The notes below the pieces were generated by a model that saw only the letters and a program-made list of their open reading frames with translations, was not told where the DNA came from and ran no database searches. Both the position numbers and the translations under genes were made by a program. Shown piece by piece: positions 25,170 to 39,078 of a DNA stretch of 64,000 bases. The stretch is from the human T2T-CHM13v2.0 reference genome, Homo sapiens. Where the stretch lies: assembly GCF_009914755.1 (NCBI RefSeq), contig NC_060929.1. One strand, given 5' to 3'. Position 1 is the first letter of the stretch. Each line of letters starts with the position of its first letter.

Positions 25170-26578
25170 TGCCTTTTGTGTTTTTTTTTTTTAACTTACT
25201 GTAATACACATACAGAAATGTGCTTACATACTTTACATCAGTAGTACTTAAGAGTCCAGCATAGTAGATGTTATTAATGAAAGTTGACTCATGGCAATAC
25301 ATATAACTAGGACTTTGATTCCCCAGTTTTTTTCTTGCTTTCATAAATCTGTAAATCTTACTTAAGAATGACATATAAGGAAAATATGATCTCCTTCCCC
25401 TTCCTTGAGTGCAGTCTATTTATAAACAATAGCACTTGGTGCTGGGGTTTGTTCACGTTTGTATGAGGGAGATTGTCTTATTTTCTGGGATATAATGCGG
25501 AGATCTGTGCTTTTTGGGAAGTGATGGAACGTTGATAGTGCATCCAGCATTTAGGAATGCAAGAACAAACATTAGAGCCTTTTGAGGATGGTGTCCTCTA
25601 ACTCCTCTTCAGTCCAACAGCCCTGTGGGTCTCTTCCTGATCAGCATTTTTCACTAAGACCCAAACTTATTTCCTGTAAACCAACTGGGCCAGATACTCA
25701 TGACTGTCTGTGGTCTGAAGATAGTAGTTTATGTTTTGTTTTTTGTTTTTTTTAAATTGAATTGGGTGTGTTGTTCCCAGATGAACACTGTTATCAGGGC
25801 CTAAACAAATATTTTTGTCAGGGAGATGTCACAATTGTATTATTGGAAGGGGATTTTCTCTCTTAGCTTTTAATTTGCATTAAGAGGTGTCTGGGCTGTG
25901 GGCAAAATAGTGGCTAAAATGACCACTTTTATTTGTTTTTGAGTCAGCTATTGCTTTTTGTGATAACTGAAAACTTTAGTCTTTTTTGAAGGACTGAAGT
26001 GTTGAGAGTTTCCTGGAATGAGTGGTTCACTAGCTGTTGCTGATCACCTGGTTTATTCTTAGCTTTTTTTGCATTCAGGAGTCTTAGTTTTCCCTTGTTC
26101 TCCAACTTCTGTAATCTTTAAGAAAATGAAAGGATATTTAGCAGCTCTGATGACCTGTATTTGCTGGATTGTAAAGGCCTTATTGCATTTTTTATCCCTT
26201 CTGTCTTGGTAAAAGTTCCTGATAGCAGCAGCTTTTATAAAAGTTTGAGCAGAACTAAGGCAAGGAGGAAGAACTCTAAAATAGTGATTTTTGCTTCTCA
26301 GTTGTTATTAGTAGGTTAATCAGGAGAGGAAGTAGGACATTTTAACTAAAATGGGTTTCTGTTTCAGTTATCAAGCCAAGCTGCTATTTTTAAGTTTGAA
26401 ACCATTTTTAAATTCAGACAGGTTTGAGGATTAATTGTACTGAAATGGAGCTCACATCTAGTGCTTTAGTGAGTATAGCTAAATGTGCCTATAATAGGGA
26501 GGAAGTAAATCATTTGGTTTGATGAACTCTGTCACTTGAGGTCATATCATAGCTTTTCTGAAAGAGTGCCCTGTTTAA

Positions 26579-26919
<341 letters not shown>

Positions 26920-27033
26920 TGGTATCTCTTAAATATCTTAATGTTAAATTTCTAAATCTAACATACTGTTTTCTAAAGAAGAGAAAGTACTTTAGTTTAA
27001 AACTGGACATACTCTACCATTTGCTGCCTCTAT

Positions 27034-27258
27034 CCAGGCTTTGTAACCTCTTTGCTGTTGACATTTTGGGCCAGAGAATTCTTTCGTGTTAAGGGCTGTC
27101 CTGTGCGTTGTAGGGTGTCTAGCAGCATCCTTGCTGTCTACCCGATATCTGCCAACATCACTGTTCTCTCTCTGTACCCCTAGTTGTAGGAACCAACAAT
27201 GTCTCCAGACACTGCTCTCAATATCCTCTGGGAGTGGGAATCATCCCTGTTGAAACTG
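27034..27258 (+). mobile_element. MER20 hAT MITE
   Basis: ttgacattttgggccaga.aattcttt...gggctgtcctgtgc.ttgtagg...aatgtctccagaca.tgc. Confidence 0.8.
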
Positions 27259-28014
27259 TGTTGGCTGTGGCCTCTTCTTTATACCCAGTACATGTCGTTA
27301 GCACTTCTGTGTTTTAGGAAGGATTGATCAAAAGGCCCAAGCTCAAAAAGCCAATTAGCATTTTTTGATGGGTGAACTCTATTCTTTCTCAGGATGCCTG
27401 AAATTCACTTACACATTTAGGATTCTAGATTGTAGTATGTTACAAAAAATTTCAAGGATAGATTATGTTCATAGGTAAGTTGAAGGAAAAAATGGAAGAT
27501 TCTTATAATGGAACGTAAAAAAATTCTTTTCCAATTGGACGTGTGTATTCTGAGAAAAACATTAGGGTCAGGTCATTGTAAATAGATCATCTTTTACTTT
27601 CTTCCAGCTGAATTACAGGTTGGCACTTATCCAGATTTATTCCTGTTAGCATAGGAAGATAAGATATATTGATTAATAAGGTAGTATAAAAATTGTCTGC
27701 AAAAATGTTTTGAAATGTCTGCAGTTTTCTCAGGCAGACTGTTTACTTTTCAGTGTATTGTTTTTATTTCTGTTAATTTTGATGATTCTGGTTACAACAT
27801 TTTAAATATCTTCTTGAGATGAGAAAAAGCAGGGAAAGAAACTGGAAAATAAGGAGAGTGGATAGAGACTTTCCTCCTGATCATTTCATTTTGTCCTCTA
27901 AATAGCATTTTTTACGAAAGTGGGGTGGAGGTGGGAGGTTAGGGAAAGAATGAAGTTCTTGACAAATAATCTTCCTTCTTTTGTCTCCAAGGCCTCTGGT
28001 TTTGAACTCTGCTG

Positions 28015-28238
28015 AGTCAGCTAACTATGAGTGAAATCTGTCTGCCACCTGTCTTTATAGGGCCATGTGCTAAGAATGGTTTTTACATTTTTAAGTGGTT
28101 TAATAATGTTTCATGACATAGCCATGGTCATTCATCTACCAATTGTCTCTGACCACTTTCACACAACAGTGGCATAGTTTAGTAGTTAAGACAGAAACTG
28201 GCTCACAAAACCTAAAATATTTACTCTCTGGCCCTTTT
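28015..28238 (+). mobile_element. MER58-family hAT MITE
   Basis: gctaagaatggtttttacatttt...cacaaaacctaaaatatttact.tctggccctt...gtttgccaatccct. Confidence 0.7.
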
Positions 28239-29872
28239 CAGAGTTTGCCAATCCCTAGTTTAAACTATATTTCTCTATTGTTAATATTGGAGGCAAATAG
28301 TATTGTTAGATCTGTTAAAGTAGATGTGAGTTAATTAAAGACAAACAAAATTCTCGTAAATTGGTTATTAGATAAGCATTGGTCAAACTTTGTGTTTTTA
28401 GAGAGTGGTTTAAAACTTGTGTTATCTACATGTTTCATAGATTTCCAGGTATCCTTGGGGAACTTTGATGCTAGAGCATCGACATGCTTGATGAGTTTGT
28501 TTCTCTTCTTTCACCTGAAGGTTTTGCACTGTAGGACTGCTCTGGGAAGGAAGGTTCTGGGCCATGAACTAGGCAAAATTGATCCATAGCTTCAAGACTG
28601 AAAACCATGACTTTATGACTTTTTGGATCTGCTGTAATTCACAGATGGGCTTAATTCTGAGCCCAGTCTGATTGCTTGGGTTAGTTAGTCCTGAGAAGGG
28701 AGAGCTCAGGTATAGGTATCTTCTTCATAAGCTGTAAATAGAAGATGGAACTCAGCCGGTCTCTGGGATCCTGAGCGTTGCTCAGCTTGGAGGCAGGGTA
28801 CTTTCAGGTTGTCAGCAGAGGTACTGGCCTGCTCTTCTGCTTATCAAAGAGCAGTTCTTGCTAATTTTCATCATTTTCTTCACTTTTAAAGATTATATGT
28901 CACTTTCTTTGCTGTGTTGCTGTGACACAGGCTAACACCCCATTTGTGTCCTCACAGATTTTAGTATCATCTTTAAATTGCAGTATACTGAGTCCGAACA
29001 AAATGGGGGTAATGCGTCTCATCGAGTAGTATTAAGGTTAGTGTTAAGTAGAGTTTTTTAAGTATTTGTTTTTTTGCATTTAAAAATGTATGCATTTGTG
29101 TATTTTTCACATGTAAATGGATTTACCACTGGCCTCCTTTGCAGGTGGTGCCTTTGGAAGTCCAGAGAAATTAAATGCTTTTTCCAAGAGCAGAGAAGAC
29201 TCTAAATTTGACCCTGTCCTATGTTCTTGCTGGTGCACTTCATTGGCTTCAGTGAGGAGTCCGGAGAGCTGGGACTTTACCAATGATTTTTTTTTTCTTT
29301 TAAACATGTAAAAGGTATAAATGCACATAGAAATAATTCAAATGACATAGAAAGGTACACATTGACAATAGAATCCCTCTCCCTTTTTTCCCCATCTTTA
29401 GTCCACTCTTCTCTGAGTCCCACTTCTGACCATTTATTTATGTTCCATGTGTGGTTCCTTCTTTAAATATATGCATATACCTCTGTTTTGATTTTTGTTT
29501 CAATTTTGAGCTATTGTTTCCCTTTATAAGAGATGAAGAATTTAACTCAATACCCCCTACTCTTCCCAGTTTTTAAAAAAGTTTTGTATTCAATTTCTGT
29601 TTGATATACATTAACAGCTTTCAATGATGTAATTGCATTTGTTTTCTTGATTCATCAACTTTAGGCCTAAAGTGACTCCCCACTCTGTCAGTCAAGGAAT
29701 TTGGTACTTCTCAGCCTTCTCCCACTCAATTTCTCTTCCTTCTCATTTCTCACCCTCCCTCAGCCATCAGTTTTTTTACATCAACATACCTTATATCATC
29801 TACATTTCATTCTGTGACTGAATGTGTTATGTACTCTGACTATAGGTTGGTTACAAAAATTGAAAACCAGTA

Positions 29873-30399
29873 AACAAGGATACGGAATTTTAGGTAGGAG
29901 GAATAAGTTCAAGAGATCTATTGTACAACATACTGATTATAATTAATAATAAAGCATTGTAGTTTTGAAAATTGCAAAGAGTAGATTTTAAGTGTTCTCA
30001 CCACAAAAAAGAATAAATAAGTGATGTAATGCATATGTTAATTAGCTTGATTTAGCATTCTACAATGTATGCATTTTTCAAAATGATATACTTGATAAAT
30101 ATATACAATTTTTATTTGTCAGTTAGAGAGAGCTCGTTTGGAGGTTCCAGCAGGGAAGTGCAGCTCCTTGTATACCCTTGACCGAAGACCCGTCCTCCAT
30201 CAGGGATGGTCATCCTCTACGACTGAGCATGCAGCTTCAGGAGGGGCTCACATAGAGTGGTGAGGGAGGAAGGGGACACCCGCCTAGCCAGCCAGATCAG
30301 CCGAATCAACCCTGGCGATCAATGGGGTGACAGATTTCGCAGCCAGATCGCCCTCACATCCTATTTGTCAGTTAAAGAAATAAAAAATGTTAAAAAAAA
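29873..30399 (+). mobile_element. L1MA-type 3' end fragment, interrupted by the 7SK copy
   Basis: L1MA 3'UTR text (aataagttcaagagatctattgtacaaca...gagtagattttaagtgttctcaccacaaaa) and an A-rich tail. TSD GAAAACCAGTA at 29862-29872 and 30400-30410. Confidence 0.8.
30128..30361 (-). pseudogene. 7SK snRNA retropseudogene (RN7SK pseudogene), 3'-truncated, no poly(A)
   Basis: Reverse complement starts GGATGTGAGGGCGATCTGGCTGCG..., the exact 7SK 5' end, and follows 7SK to ...GAACCTCCAAAC(G)AGCTCTC. 13-bp TSD TATTTGTCAGTTA at 30113-30125 and 30362-30374. Confidence 0.93.
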
Positions 30400-31594
30400 G
30401 AAAACCAGTACATAGTGTTTTCAATTTTATGATATTAAATACCATGCAGTATATGTCAGGTAGTTTGGCTTCATAAGAAGGAGGGATAATCTTGATAATT
30501 ACACCTGTGCCACTTGAAGGAAATATTCTGAGCATTAGAGCAAGTGGAGTCTCTTATATTCCAGCTGGTGAGAATCATGCTATATTTCAGTTTCCTTAAC
30601 TTCTGGACCATGACTTCCTGATATGTAGTTTTTGTTTTTTCTGTCTATTTCTAATTCCTTTCCCTTTTTGTTAGCGTCAGAGGAAATAGAAGTTATTGAT
30701 TCCTGTCTCTTGAATCTCATTATTTAAAAAATCATTTTACAACTCATTATGCACCAACATTTTGGTCCCTTGTGCCTACTCAGGATTGAAAGTATGAAGT
30801 TTTGCCGGTTTTTTTTTTTTTTTTGGTCGTTCACAATTACTGTTTCCTCAAACTGCCATGCTTCTTCTAGAACTGATAGTGCTTTGTTTCCTTTGTGATG
30901 AGAAGCCTTTCCCTTCAGGGTGAGGACTTCGGGGCTGAAGATGTACTTTGCAGCAGTTCCCTTCTGTTTCTTCATACCACAGATGTAGAGGAATGTGGCA
31001 TTTATGGGTCCTGGCCTTGGTGGTAACATTTTACCTGTAGAGCATCGGAACATTGAAGCCTGAGAATGTGAATCATTCTTAGAATCATTTTCTACATAAA
31101 GTCCTGAATTGGTGTTTTTAGAATCCAGTGAAGCAGTCATTCTTTTAACAGTCACCAGCATTCCAGAAAAGTCATGAAAAATTCAGGCACAGAATTGTAG
31201 AGTAGGCTGGGTCCTTCCAGGTCAGGTAATTTTTAGTCTTTGATTTTTCAGATAAGGGCACCGAGTCACACATAAACTAGACCTCAGCAATTTGCCCAGT
31301 CACAGGATACCTGGGACATGCATCCTGACTTATAATTCACTGGCCTTCCACTGTACTATACCCATATCCAACATATATTTGAAAATTTACTGGGTTAGGT
31401 AATATGGAAATTGTGGTAGACATATGTTACTTGTTTTGAAAGAACTTTTTAGTTATTTAGGGAAACAAAACTGCCGTTTGTGAAACTATTAGAGCCAGTT
31501 AAGTGCTATTATTCATTAGAAGTTAAAGAGGTTAGAATGTTGCCTGGCATATAGTAAGTGCTCAGTAAATGCTAGTTGTTACCAATGGACAGAG

Positions 31595-32580
31595 ATTTGT
31601 AGCATACCTATTATGTAGCAGGCACTGTTCTAGGTTCTGGGAATACAGGAGCTAAGACTAAAACAAGAGTCAATGATATTATTTTACATTCCTGATATAA
31701 AGACAAAGGCCTTAAAGAGAACTCAAAAACAGAAACAAGTTTTGGTGATGGCCTGGCTTAAGTTGACTAAAGGAGAGGGTAAAGAAGCTAAGCTTTCCCT
31801 ATGGGACGATACTTTGAAGGGAGAAAGAAAATTGCTAGTGTAAAGTACGGTGCTTATGAAGGCTTTGAATCCTGGAGGAGATTGGCTTGATTTAGAATCT
31901 TTGGTGCCTGTGAAGAGTAGTTGGGAAAACACTGTAGGTAGTTCAGGATCAGATTGCAAATTGCCCTGAGAGTTTGTCTGAAGAGTTATGAGTTAGATGG
32001 TAGTGAATCACTCCAAGTTATTGAATATACCAGGAAGCTGCTTGAGAAAAGCAGTGTGAGAGAATTAATTTTGTAGAAAATTTCAGACCTGGAAAGGAGC
32101 TAAGAGAATATTCAATCTAGATTATTCTGGTAGCTGTGTGTAGGAAGATTCAAGTAGGAAGGCAGCTGAGAATCTGTTTGAGGTAATATAGACATAAGGC
32201 AGTAAATCCCTGTACCAGTATTGAATTGGCTAGAATCGGGAGGATGAAAAATGTGGAGACATTTTGTAAAGAGAAAGACCAAAGCTTTTTAACAGGTTTG
32301 ATCAAGGGTAATGATGAGTGGCTTGAATCAGAAAATTTCTCCTACCTTTTTCCATTTGGGTGTTGGAGACTGGTTGTACTATTTGCAGAAGGAGATAGGG
32401 ACAAGCTGATCTGGAAAGTCAAGTTCATTTCATTTATGATGACGTGGATGTTAGTGGAAATAATCAAGTGGGCTGGAAAGCCAGTGAGAGATCAGGGAAG
32501 GGAGATGCTGATCTGGTAGTCATCAGCATAGCCGAGAATGAATGAGCTCACTTGGGGACTGTGCTTAGTGAGGGCAGGGC
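31595..32580 (-). mobile_element. L2 fragment(s)
   Basis: agcatacctattatgtagcaggcactgttctaggttctgggaataca followed by degenerate purine-rich L2-like text. Confidence 0.5.
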
Positions 32581-32839
32581 CAAGTACATTTCTGATAACC
32601 AAAAGCTGCACATCTTACATTAAGAATATTTTGTAGCAGATGTTAATGAAATAAAGCAGCTTGTGTTCAAATTGTCAGAAACCAGCAGCTCATGGATCAG
32701 CTTACCTAAGAAAAGATAAGATGATCAGAAGGAAGGATTTCAAAGAAGCGTTTTAGTAGAGTTTAAAAAAGACCCTTCTCATCTTTGGCACAAATGATAA
32801 GACTAAATTATTTTTTTTCTGGGTTAAGACAGAACATAA

Positions 32840-32841
<2 letters not shown>

Positions 32842-32877
<36 letters not shown>

Positions 32878-32886
32878 TGTGTGTGT
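32842..32886. repeat. (TG)n microsatellite
   Basis: Seen directly. Confidence 0.95.
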
Positions 32887-35800
32887 AGGGAGGATGGGCA
32901 GCCAGGTGGTGGAGAGGGAGAGAGAGATTTATTAAGGATCAAAATGCAACACCCCAAATAGGGGGCTGAAGTTTGAAAGTTGTTCTGAAAGTCAGACAGA
33001 TTTCTGAGAATACCCTCCAAACTGCCTCTTGTTGATAGTAAAGAAAAACTCCCTTCTGTTGGGCTGGTAGGTGACCCCATGAACTGGAGAAGTAAAAACT
33101 GTCTTTGACCCTGGGCTACCTCTGGAAAATTTGTAGGGTCAAATAACAACACTTGATGTATAGGATATTTCTTGCTACTTTTAGGTAGAAGATCCAACCA
33201 ATAATTGTTTTAAACAAAAGAGATTTGAGAAGAACTCCAGAAATTTGTATCCTTAACTCATCTTTGATAACCAATGGTATGATATTTAGAAGTTTGCTAT
33301 TAATGTATTTTTATGTATTATGTTATGTCTTACTACTGCATTTGTTGCTTCTGTGTCTCACCTTGCCCTTGTAGACCAGTTGTTACAGATGGATTTTTAT
33401 AAAGAAAGGCAATAGGAAAGAATTTGTAAAACTTTAGAGTCTGTAGTGCTTGTATAAAGAGTAGTTTGGAAATTCAGAATTTATAATAATTCAGATGAGA
33501 CTTGCCTAAATACCTGTCCCCTGTCAATAAGAAATAGAAGGGACTTATTCAGGAGATGATTAGTATAAATAAGGTTGAAGGGGGGTTGATTATCTACTTA
33601 ATACAACCCTGCCTTCAGAGGCTTTCCAAAACTATTTCTGTATGAAAAACGATCTCAGACATGTCAGTTGCATTTATTTTAATAGGCCAACACTGTTTAG
33701 GTTGATTACTGACAATTATTTTCTTTTTGTTTTGAAATTGTTTGTCAAAATTACTTGTTTAAAATTATAAGATGTTGACAGAACTTTTGTTAGCATATCC
33801 TAACATGCAATACATGGCATTAATTCATGGTAAATGTGTTTAGGTAGTGTGAATGGATAGTGCCTAGTAACCTTGTGTACAAAGATAAGCATTTGTCAAA
33901 CATGTAAGACAGATTACCAACATAGACCAGCAACCATTGCCTATATGATGTGTTAACAACATGACCCTGTTTAGCTAGCTGAGAATTGTTAAGGCCTGAA
34001 AGTATATCACATGAACCTTCATGCAAGTTCTTGGGTGGGATACACTGTTGACAGATTCTGTCAGAGTGCTAAGCATAAGAATATAAATTAAAAATAAGTT
34101 TTAGAAGTAAAGTCGGTGTGGCTTTTAAAAAAAAATCCTGCAAAGAATAGTGTTCCATAGAACAGATTGGGAAGTGCTGAATTAAAGAAAGAGTTCTGTT
34201 AGTCAACAGTTAATATGTTTAGTGCCACTTAATTGCAGTTATTAAATGGATTTGTAAGTAATAAAACTGCATTTTATTAAAATTTTATAATCTACACATT
34301 TTGCCCTAGTTATACACCCTTCTTCCACTCACTTTTAAGTGGTTATCTGTTTTGCATAGTCTCATTTTATGTAATAGCTTGATGTCTAAAATGTTGCCTC
34401 AACAGGAGGTAGTTTCTGTGCAGCCATATTGGGCTGGTGCAGATAGGGCCATATGGTTCTAATCTAAACATACATCTGGAAACTCATAGGGTGGAGCTGG
34501 TGCTGTCTCCTGGAACCTGTAGAAAACGTCAGCAACTGGAGTCCTGACCACATTTTTGGAGGAGGGTGGTGAGGGAATGAGATGCTATTATTTGAGGTCA
34601 GGGCTTGGATCCTGTGTAGTGATTCTGGCAGCTACTAAGTTGGTGGCCCAGCTGCAGTAGTCATGAGTCCCTTGAGTGCTCTGCCAGAACAAGGGATGTT
34701 GGGCTTGGAGTCCCAGCTTTTCCCTTCACAGTCATTTGGCACTCTTACCTGCATCTGAGCAGCCTCTGTTACTGTCATACCTAGGCAGGTGTGAGATTTA
34801 TGAAAAATGATTTGCCTGGGCAAAGAGTATATTGCTTCTGCAATTTGGTAAGGTATTCTGTAGCTACGTATTTTTTGTGCTCACATCGTGAGGGCATTTA
34901 TTTCTTTGAATGGACAAGTGGCTGCACAAAGACAAATTGCACAATTTGGAAGAAATTCAGGCATGTTAGGCTCTGAGTCTGGAAAATACCATTAAAAGGT
35001 TATTTATAACTGGCTTGTGGCTCATTGACAGACAGGTGGAGATACATACAGAATCGTGGCCACAGCCCCAGTTCACACTCTTTTTGGCCTCAGCACTACA
35101 CATCTTAAGGGGTGGAGTGGGCGCTTGGAGGGTTACCTGTCATTTTATCAAGCCCAAAAGCCTTCCTGTTAAGTTCCAGAGATCTGACTAAAGGCAGGGT
35201 TTTTCTGTAGAGATTGAATAGTGGTTGACTGACCAGGGACTGCAGCAATAACGATGACACCCCTGCTGGAAATACAGACTCTCTTTTACCAAATCGCAGT
35301 TCCTATATTTAGCTTTAATGCGGCGCTTCTTAACTGGGGATGTGTGAGAATCGCCTGGTGAGCCATTTTAAATTATAAAAGGCAGATCTCTGCGCTTTTC
35401 TAGGTAATCCCATTTGTTCCCATTGCTTGAAATTCATATTTATTCTGGCCACTCAAGTTTATATATTTAGCCCTGACTTCTCTCTTGAGTTCCAGACTTG
35501 CATGTTCACTGACACCACCATTCAGCTATCTAATAGTTTCAGAATATAACATTTGCCCTTCTGTCTCCTCCCCAATAACTGGCTTGTGGGCCTGTTCCTC
35601 TAAAATGCCACCCATAATCCTCCCCCTTGCCCTAGCAAAAAACTCAATGCCAATTTTTTTTCCTTTCCTGCCCCTCCCATTCCTAACTCATCTTTCTTGT
35701 CATTCTTTCATGTTCCTTCCCTTCCTGTCCAAGCTACCATGGCTTTTACCTGGCAAACTGCAGTCTTTTACTCCATATGCCCTACTGTGGCTCCAGAATG

Positions 35801-36136
35801 GCTTAAAATTTTTTAATTGATTGATTCTAAAACTCAGTCTAAGAGAAAGATGTTGATGCTGCTTTTTCTGAAAATTACTTTGAACCATAAAGGGTGACTC
35901 TGTCTTTTCTTAACTCCTTTATTCAAAGTTAGGTGTAGAGCCTTGTTAGACCAAATTATGCCCCTGGAAGACAGTTTATGAGGTTGCACGGCCTCACCCT
36001 CCATTGCTTGGGCTCACAGCTCCTTAGGGTCATGGCTCTCCAGCTCTGATGATGGAGATTTGGGCAAGAATTTCTCTAAAAAGGACTAAGCATAAGAATA
36101 TAAGCTTTATTTTTATAGGGCCAACTATTTCCTAAG

Positions 36137-36613
36137 TATATTAGTTTCTTATTGCTGCTATCACCACAAACTTAGTGGCGTAAAACAAGAAAAATGTGTT
36201 ATCATACAGATCTTTAGGTCAGAAGTCTGAAACAGGCCCTACTGGACTAAAATAAAGATGTCTGCAGAGCTGCATTCCTTCTGGAGCTCCAGGGGAGAAT
36301 CTGTTTCCCTGCCTTTTCCAGCTTCTGGAGGCTGAGTGCATTCCTTGGCTCAAGGCTGCCTTCCAGCAATAGCATCATTCTGATTTCTTGTGTCCTCACA
36401 TCTCCCTCTCTGGCCTGACTCTTCCATTTTCCTCTTTTCCTTATGATTACATTGGGCCTACTCAGATATTCTAGGGTTTTCTTCCCATCTGCAAAGCCTT
36501 AAAATTAATTACATCAGTGAAATTCCTTTTGTCATGTAAGGCAAGGTATTCACAGATTTCAGGGATTATTAGGACAGGGATATCTTTGACTAAACATTAT
36601 TCTGCTTACTGCA
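36137..36613 (-). mobile_element. MLT1D-like MaLR solo LTR
   Basis: ttagtttcttattgctgct...ggtcagaagtctgaa...aggggagaatctgtttccctgccttttccagcttct...cattattctgc. Confidence 0.8.
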
Positions 36614-36614
36614 C

Positions 36615-36820
36615 CAGGCGCTATTTAAATTTACTTGCATATACTAACTAATCCTCATAACAACCCTATGAGTTAGGTATTATTCTCCCCATTTTACAGA
36701 TGAGGAAACTGCAGCACAGAGAAGTTATGTAACTTTGAACTTGCCCAGAGTTACATAGCCAGTAAGTAGTGGTGCCAGAATTCAAATTTTGGTTGGCTTC
36801 AGAGTCTGTTCTTAATTATG
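36615..36820 (-). mobile_element. MIR
   Basis: aatcctcataacaaccctatgag...cccattttacagatgaggaaactg core. Confidence 0.8.
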
Positions 36821-37914
36821 ACACATACTATCTGGAGGTGCATATTGTAGTACCCTTCAAAGTGATTTTTCAAAAGCCATACTTTTACTATGTAGCAGCA
36901 GCTGCAATAATACTTTCTTCACTGCTTACTTGTTGGCAGGTCCTGTGCTAAATTCTTTCACAGCCAGTCCAAGCAATGGATATTAGTATCTGCATTTTGC
37001 CCATAGAAACTGAGGCCCAGGATTAAGTTACTTCCCCAAGATCACATGGCCAATAAGTGCGGAAACTAGTATTGGAAGCCAGATAGCCTGAACAGGAGCC
37101 AATGCTTAGCCATTAAGCTGAATTGCTTCCACCTTTATCTGGTGAAGGATGTCATTAAAGATAAAGGTAATCTTTGCTCTTACATGGTGGGCACATTTGA
37201 TGACATAATCAGAGTCCAGAAAGAACTTGATGTGTTGGAGTGATATGTTGAATCTAACACAATTAGATTTGAAGGAAAAAAAAAACATAAATGAAAGGTG
37301 GTATAGATCCTAAGTTTCAGATACATGCATACACTTTGGGGTAAAGTTTTGTTTCTTTTGAATGCTGCTATCGGTGGGTATATTATAAACATATATATCT
37401 TCTACAGCTCTTATAACTAGAAACTTGATTTGGTTGAGTGCAGATCTTATATCACTACCATGATAGGAAATAGTCCAGAATTATCTTGGGGTTCTTTTTC
37501 CAAACTTCCTTCACTCCCCACAAGAGGTGAAAATAATAGTCTCTTGAGCCAGGTTAGTGATGGTAGTGAAAATGGAAAACTTTTGATTGGACTGTACAGA
37601 ATCCATAATCTTTGCTCTAGAAAGGGAGCCACATATTGTATTCTATTCACCAGGTCATGGTTGTCATCCTGTGGCCAACGTGGGTCCCATTCTATGTTAT
37701 TTCCCAAACAGCCCATGAAAACCACCCTATTAATTAGCTCTTTCCTTCCCATTCTTACCTACTTTTTGGGATGCAGTGAAGACTTCTTTTGGATTTTCTT
37801 TCTTCAAAAATGGTGTGTTTTGTTTTTATTTGTATTATTTTTGGTGTGGGTTTGTATGCCAAAACATTGAATACTTAGAAAAAAATGTTACATGCCATTT
37901 TTCTTTCTTTCCTT

Positions 37915-38990
37915 CCTTTTTTTCTCCCAATAAATACCTAAGGTCCTGCTGTGTGCTAGGTAGGTAGGCATCAGGGTACAGTACATTGAGTAAAACAGCT
38001 ATGGTGCCTGTTGTCAATATAGGGATTCATTTAGTGAGGAAAAGAGGGAAGCAATACATGAATAAAATAGATAATTGTAATAACACTGTGGAGGAAACAA
38101 GAAATAAATTGAGATAAACCATAACATGAGGAGGCCTGTTTTAGACTGGCTGGGGAAGGCTATGCAGAGGTGACGTTTGGCATGAGAGTTGAAGCATTAT
38201 GTAAACAGAGACCATGTACAAAGGTTTTAGGGTAGGGTGGGGAGGAGCTGGCTTGGAACGGAGATAAGATGAAGGTGAAGCTAAGTTGAGAGAAAGAGAT
38301 ATTCAGTCCTTACTGACTGTGGTGTACAATGTTTTGATTTTGAGGGTGCCTAACTAGGTAGAGATTAAAGCCCTTTACTGGAGATCTGAGGACTGTAGGT
38401 GTCTTTTTGAGGAGGATGATTTTTGGACTTAAGTTTGAAAGCCAATTTGAGGCATCAGGCAGGTATTTGAATATATGGGTCTGTTTTTCAGGGGTGAGGT
38501 TTCAACGGGAGATACAAATATGGGAGACATCATGGAATTTAAATCATGGAGTGGATGAGATCATGTAAGAGAGTATAGAGAGGTAAGAGGCTCAAGAAGC
38601 TAACCTTGAGGTGCTCTAACATTTAGAGCTTGGGAGAGAAGGAGCCAGCAAAGGAGACTGATAAACAGTTGGCAGGAGGAAAACCTAGGGCATGTTGTAT
38701 TGGGAATGAGTAAAGAAAACATTTCCAGAGGGAAGGAGTGCTCCATTGTGCCTAATACTCCCTGAGATGACGGATAAGGTAAGGGCAGAGTGCTTTTCAT
38801 CAGGCTTGAAACATGGGAGCCTCTGGGAACTTTACAAGGTCAGTTTTGGTGGAGTGGTGAGCAGATGCTGATTGTAATGGGCAGATGAATGAATGGGAGT
38901 TTGTAAGGAAGGGGGATAATGAGTAGAGAGAAACTTTTGATAATCCCGGTACATGAAGTGGGTGGGGCCCTGGAGGGGAATGGGAATGTA
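37915..38990 (-). mobile_element. L2 fragment
   Basis: Reverse L2 3' end (aataaatacct...ctgtgtgctagg) followed by purine-rich degenerate L2 text (gagtggatgagatca, caaaggagactga). Confidence 0.65.
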
Positions 38991-38993
38991 AGA

Positions 38994-39031
38994 TGTTTTA
39001 TTCAGGGTTCTCCAGAAAGACAGAACTGATA

Positions 39032-39078
<47 letters not shown>

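Noticed and set aside
30128-30361. Functional 7SK gene
   Set aside because: Missing the 3' ~95 nt, many substitutions, TSD-flanked, and no upstream PSE/TATA Pol III promoter (its upstream flank is an L1 tail).
37430-37870. 146-aa ORF and overlapping antisense ORF (likewise 30724-31161 and 45196-45618)
   Set aside because: No recognisable domain, no splice-consistent structure; some run through homopolymer tracts.
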